Origin: the human T2T-CHM13v2.0 reference genome, Homo sapiens
Length of the DNA: 64,000 nt
NCBI RefSeq assembly: GCF_009914755.1
Contig: NC_060927.1
Direction: 5' to 3' (one strand)
The notes under the pieces are model-generated. The model was not told the origin of the DNA. It was given only the letters and a program-made list of their open reading frames with translations, and searched no databases. Shown piece after piece: positions 53,930-64,000 of the stretch. Made by a program: the position numbers and the translations under genes. Each line of letters begins with the position of its first letter. The stretch's first letter is position 1.

Positions 53930-54780
53930 CACCATTAGGGCTTACCCATGTCTAGTTCTCCTCTCATCCTAGGGCACATGGAAGACTGCACTTCTCAGAT
54001 CCCATGCTTAGTTAGTTGTGACTAATTCTGGCCAGTAACTTCTGAGAGGAAACAGTGCATCATTGACATATCATTTCAGGCTGAGGAGTGGAGCCCCACC
54101 TGATCTTACAGTTTCTTTTCTGAACTCTTGCCTTGGGACAATGGCGCCTGTGTATCAAGACACTGTAAGGAGGGCAGGTGACCTGCTGACCTGCTCAGAT
54201 GACTTGGTGTAAGTGAGAAATAAACTCTTTTGTGCTAAGCCACCAACATATTTTGCTTGTTTGTTACCATATCAGAAGGCAAATGAGTAAAGTATGACAC
54301 TATTTCCCAGTCAACCTTGATTCTGCTATTTTATTTTTTGGTCGACAGTTTACAAACTTTAATCCTTTATCATTTGAAACAAGTCATTAGCAAAGTATCT
54401 TGCAACTGATCTGAGAAATACCAATATCATTTATCCATTATTTAGCGATGTTAATTGTGCATAAACCCAGAACCAGGCTCTGTGAATAAGACGTGAGTAC
54501 GAGAGACCTGGCCTGTCTCCTCATGGAACTTGGCAGGGATCTCACAGAGAAGGCTGTGCAGGGAGTGGTTAAGGGTGTGGCTTTGGAGTCAGATGCTCTA
54601 CATTTGAATCTTGGCTCTGCCTCTTACTGGCTGAGTAAATTTAGGCAAGTCAATTAACCTCTCAGTGCTTCATTTCCTAATCAATACAATTAAGAGTACA
54701 TGAGGTGATGCATGTGAAATATTTACCACGGGGCTTGACAAGCAATAAGCACTAAACAAGTGCTAGTTATTATCACTATT
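53930..54780. mobile_element. MLT1-like relic (53930-54275) and MIR (54555-54780)
   Basis: gtgagaaataaactcttttgtgctaagccac; gagtggttaag...ggagtcaga...ggcaagtcaattaacctctcagtgc. Confidence 0.7.
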
Positions 54781-54985
54781 GCAACCACGGGACTAGAATA
54801 CACCCAGGTGTGTTAGGGGTAGATAGAACTATACTCCAAAAACATAAAGCCAATGTTACCGCATCACAGTCCCAGCCTAGTAATTCACCTCATGCTTCAG
54901 CATGGTATCCTCACCATTAGAAAACTAGCAAAATAGTTCTAAGGCAGTAAGAAGCAGGTATTATAAAAAGCACCTTGTGCTGTCA

Positions 54986-54988
<3 letters not shown>

Positions 54989-55067
<79 letters not shown>
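54989..55067. repeat. Compound (CT)16(AT)14(T)19 repeat at an Alu tail
   Basis: Read directly. Confidence 0.93.
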
Positions 55068-55820
<753 letters not shown>

Positions 55821-57059
55821 TAAATATTGCATATATACGTATGTACTTAAACTCGTATAGATATACACATATCTAAATGGAGCACTTTCTATAGAGAGAG
55901 CCAGATTTGTTTTGAACCCTGAACTTTACATGTTGCTGTTACCCAAGATCACAGAACTAGTCAGTAGCAGAGACAAGATTAGAATCATAAAATGAGCAAA
56001 TGTTCTTTCCATCACAACCCTGTCTCATAGAAGAAATAACCACCTTTGACTTACTAGGGCTGCAGTCAAATTGGAAAATATAGTAATATATTGCACAGGC
56101 ACACATTTTTATTGCTAGACCGTATAACCTTATCTTCAATGGAGGTTTCAATATTTTCTCAGTAATTACAAACCACTTCCTTTGTGTACCACTATAGCTA
56201 AATTATTAATAAGCACAGTAGACAGCAAGATCTTTGGTAGAGCTGTAGATCTAATATTGGGTCAATTACAGAATCTCACTCCTTTCCTCTTACAAAAAAC
56301 TGTTATACCTTTTTATTATTGTATCCCTTTGTACCATGTCCTCTGAAACCACTAATCAAATCCCTAAGGGAAAGAAAAATGAACATGTATTATGATATTC
56401 ACATTTATATGCTAGGAAGAGTCTTCACATAAGCACAGACATTCAACAAATACACCGTCAATTCAAATATAGACATGGTGCATAATTTTATTTCAGCTTT
56501 ATGAAACCCTCAAGAGCTCACAGAAAAGCATGTAAAGCATGTAACCTTCTCATCATCTTTATTCTTGTTTGGGTTGGTATTTGGTTCAACAAAGAATCAA
56601 TGAACTGTAACAAATTGCCAAAACCAAAAAAACCTCTGGTTTTATATGTGAATGTGTTGTGTGTATGAGTTGATTATTTGTTGTGAAAATATGTGAAATA
56701 TGATTAGAAAACTTTTGAAAAAATTCCTATGATCTCAATTACCCAGAGAAACCCACTGTCAATATTTTGATGTATATACTTCAGAAATTTTTTCTCTGTG
56801 TGTATATGTAATGTGACTATATTTTCATGCTAAAAGTGTACATCTGTATCATCATTCTTAAAGGCTACATATTTTTCCTTTGTATCATAACTATGTACTA
56901 TAATTTATATATTCAATATCCTATTGTTGGTCAATTAAGTTGTTTCCAATTTTCACTACCATAAATACCCCAGTGGAATTGCTGAGTCAGATTCTTCAGA
57001 ATAGGCTATCAGGACTATTCAAGGTAAAGGCATGTAAGTAGGTCCTCTGTATTTCTTAT

Positions 57060-58790
<1,731 letters not shown>

Positions 58791-59356
58791 CAAACTCTTG
58801 AACCATTTTTAAGAAGCAATTAAAACCAAGATAATAAAATAGTCTTTCTGCTACTTGTTGATTTACCTGTCGTCCAATTTAATAAAGTGTTGGTTTTAAA
58901 AATTACATTTTATTCTTTTTCAAAGTCTGATTGAAATGTTTCTTGTTGTTCAAGCAGATGCCACAGGACAAATGGCAAATAAGCTGCCTAGATTACAATT
59001 GAAAAGTTCAAAGTAACTTGCAGTTCCTAAAATCTATGATTTTATTTCAGATAGTCTTATAGATGTTAGAAAAATGCACACACAATTGGCAGGTCTAACT
59101 CTCTATGGGGAACATACTAACATAAAAGGCTTATTAAAATGCAGCTGTTTTTTGGAAAGTGACATATAATACACTGATTCAAAGGTACAGCCAGTCAACC
59201 AATACTAATTTAGAACACAAGGTTTATCTAAGATCTCTGCTTTCGAGTGTCAGTTCAGTGGAGCTAGGCTTAGAAAGCATATGTAGTATTTTCATTTTAT
59301 ATTCTTAAATAAGTGCAGATAAGATATTCCTAACTCTCTTCAGTTCCTTATTAGCC

Positions 59357-60095
59357 TTTTTTTTTTTTCTTTTTTGAGATGGAGTCTCATTCTGTAGCCC
59401 AGGCTGGAGTGCAATGGTGTGATCTCGGCTCACTGCAACTTCCACCTCCCGGGTTTCAAGTGATTCTCCTGCCTCAGCCTCCCAAGTAGCTGGGATTACA
59501 GGTGTGCACCACCATTGCCTGGCTAATTTTTTATTTTCAGTGGAGACAGGGTTTCGCCATGTTGGCCAGGCTGGTCTCAAACTCTTGGCCTCAAGTGATC
59601 CACCCGCCTCAGCCTCCTAAAGTATTGGGATTACAGGCCTGAGCCACCACGCCCGGCCCCTTATTAATCTTTACAACTCCATGGAAAAAGACTAAAGTCA
59701 GTGATTCAGAGTGGAAACTTAGAATCTATGCCTAATTTTAAAAATAAATAGTAATGGAATTTAATTTTCTTTATGGCTATCATAAATTGAAGATTATATC
59801 TTTTTTTTTTTTTTTGAGACAGAGTCTCACTCTGTCGCCAGGCTGGAGTGCAGTGGCGTGATCTTGGCTCACCGCAACCTCTGCCCTCCTGGGTTCAAGT
59901 GATTCTCCTGCCTCAGCCTCCCGAGTATCTGGGACTACAGGTGCGTGCCACCATGCCCGGCTAATTTTTGTATTTTTAGTAGAGACGGGGTTTCACCATG
60001 TTGGCCAGGATGGTCTCAATTTCTTGACCTCATGATCCACCGGCCTTGGCCTCCCAGAGTGCTGGGATTACAGGCATGAGCCACCACGCCCGGCC
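59357..60095 (-). mobile_element. Two Alus (59357-59658, 59801-60095)
   Basis: Alu consensus. Confidence 0.92.
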
Positions 60096-61022
60096 AGATT
60101 ATACCTATTAATGCTTAAAGGACAAAAGGAGACAACAAGGATTTGAGACCAGAAAACATATTACCTTAAGTGAAACAAGCTTTATTATTTCAATTTATCA
60201 ATTAAGACATGTTTAATCATGAGATTCTAACAAAAATCTGAGCCCTTGATTCAGAGATCATACTACCATGATAATATCTGCATTTTCAGTGGATACTTAA
60301 CAATGTAAATGAATTAACACTTTCTATCAAATATCAGCCCTGTAATGGATGATTATTCTTACACAGTATTCTCTTCTGCACTCTCATTCTAATTTGTATC
60401 ATCTGATGCAATAAACTCTTTGGCCCAGAATTAGTAATACAATAAAATCAAGCCATTTTAGAAGGCTCTTAAGGTGCTGAGTTGTTTTCTAGGTTGTACT
60501 TTACTTAAAACGTGATATTCCAGAACAGAGGTGCCAAAGGTTGCTGTTGCTGAGAGTCATTTATCTATAGCCTCAATAACAAAGCTAGTGTTAGATATGA
60601 AATCATTCATAATACTTCTCAGCAAAGAAAGTATACTCGAGGGCTCCAATTTAAGCCCTTATAGCAAAAAGAAACCGAAACCTAGAATTGGAATTGTCTT
60701 GATAGCCTCAATTTACTATTTGAGGGGTTGGAGTGGAAGAGATAGGATTTAATTCTCTTTCCACAGGGAAAGAGAAAACTGTCATGAAGTTAAAAAGTCA
60801 TAGACCAAAAGTTCTTCCCCTTTCGTGAGGGGAAACTACCGTAATTCCCCCAAAGTGCAGAGACCTTCCTTCTCAAGTGAATGGAGCAGACAGAAACCAT
60901 GCCAGCTTTGTTCCTTTCTCCTGGAATCCTAGGGGTGTGGAAGAAGTGGTGTGGTAGTAATTGTGTGGTTTTTTTTTTTTTGGTATGTCTTTGAGAAAAG
61001 GACCCTTGAAATATAGTGAGTC

Positions 61023-61690
<668 letters not shown>

Positions 61691-62131
61691 CAAAGCTAGT
61701 TTTAAATACGTAGTAATACCACTCATCGAGCTGCTTGGTGATGAAGCCCCATTAAAATGACTCCTAGGCTCCAATTTAAACTCAGATAACAGAGAAACCT
61801 CAGATTGGAATTAGGGGAGGTGGAAGCTCTGCTCTGTGCAGTCACTTAAGAGACCTTCTTTCCGAAGTCTTTGCAATACCCAGGAAGTCAGAGCCCTCCA
61901 GCACAGCCTCAGATAAGGGACAAAAGAGAGTGGATGTAGAAAGCACACCTGTCAACTGCCATGGCCCACAAGTGCCTCCCATCGCCCTGCTCACAACGCA
62001 CTGGAGAGAGAGCTCTCTATGGTCCCTTCCTAGATTCAAGGCACATGGGCTATGCAAGCCAGCAGTGTGCCCAGGAGGGCAAGAACATGGCAAATGGGAA
62101 GCAGCTAGCCAATCTCAGAAATTCTCAGTAA

Positions 62132-63923
<1,792 letters not shown>

Positions 63924-64000
63924 TCATGTTATGTCATCAGACTTAAACAATGAAGAGAATTCCAGGCTCTAAGAACAAGCCTTTTATCCTTACCTTACAA

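Noticed and set aside
60828-60860. GGGGAAACT...TTCCCCCAAAGTG, resembling a U1 snRNA fragment or NF-kB pair
   Set aside because: Too short and not colinear with U1; consistent with chance.

Overview
Primate (most likely human) genomic DNA, very Alu-dense (roughly 80-90 full or partial copies), with no credible protein-coding exon. A CpG island at ~13590-15200 holds a minus-strand non-coding first exon ending in CAG|GTAAGC at 14251/14250. From memory of the mRNA 5' UTR I recognise it as probably TBL1XR1 (not verified by search). On that reading 1-14250 is intron 1 and 15200-64000 is upstream DNA with Alu, MIR, L2, L1, MaLR and hAT relics. Main points: (1) two LTR12 (ERV9) solo LTRs at 19966-21582 and 45143-46268 both point towards the gene, and the distal one lacks R/U5 but is followed by a strong splice donor, giving a candidate LTR-driven first exon ~31 kb upstream; (2) a collapsed inverted Alu pair at ~61 kb shares private mutations between its arms; (3) a tiny young AluYa5-like insertion sits in intron 1; (4) a 31-nt C run lies inside the distal LTR enhancer. 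Repeat boundaries and subfamily calls are by eye and approximate. I cannot show that any of this is a previously undescribed system; the LTR12 promoter idea is a testable hypothesis.
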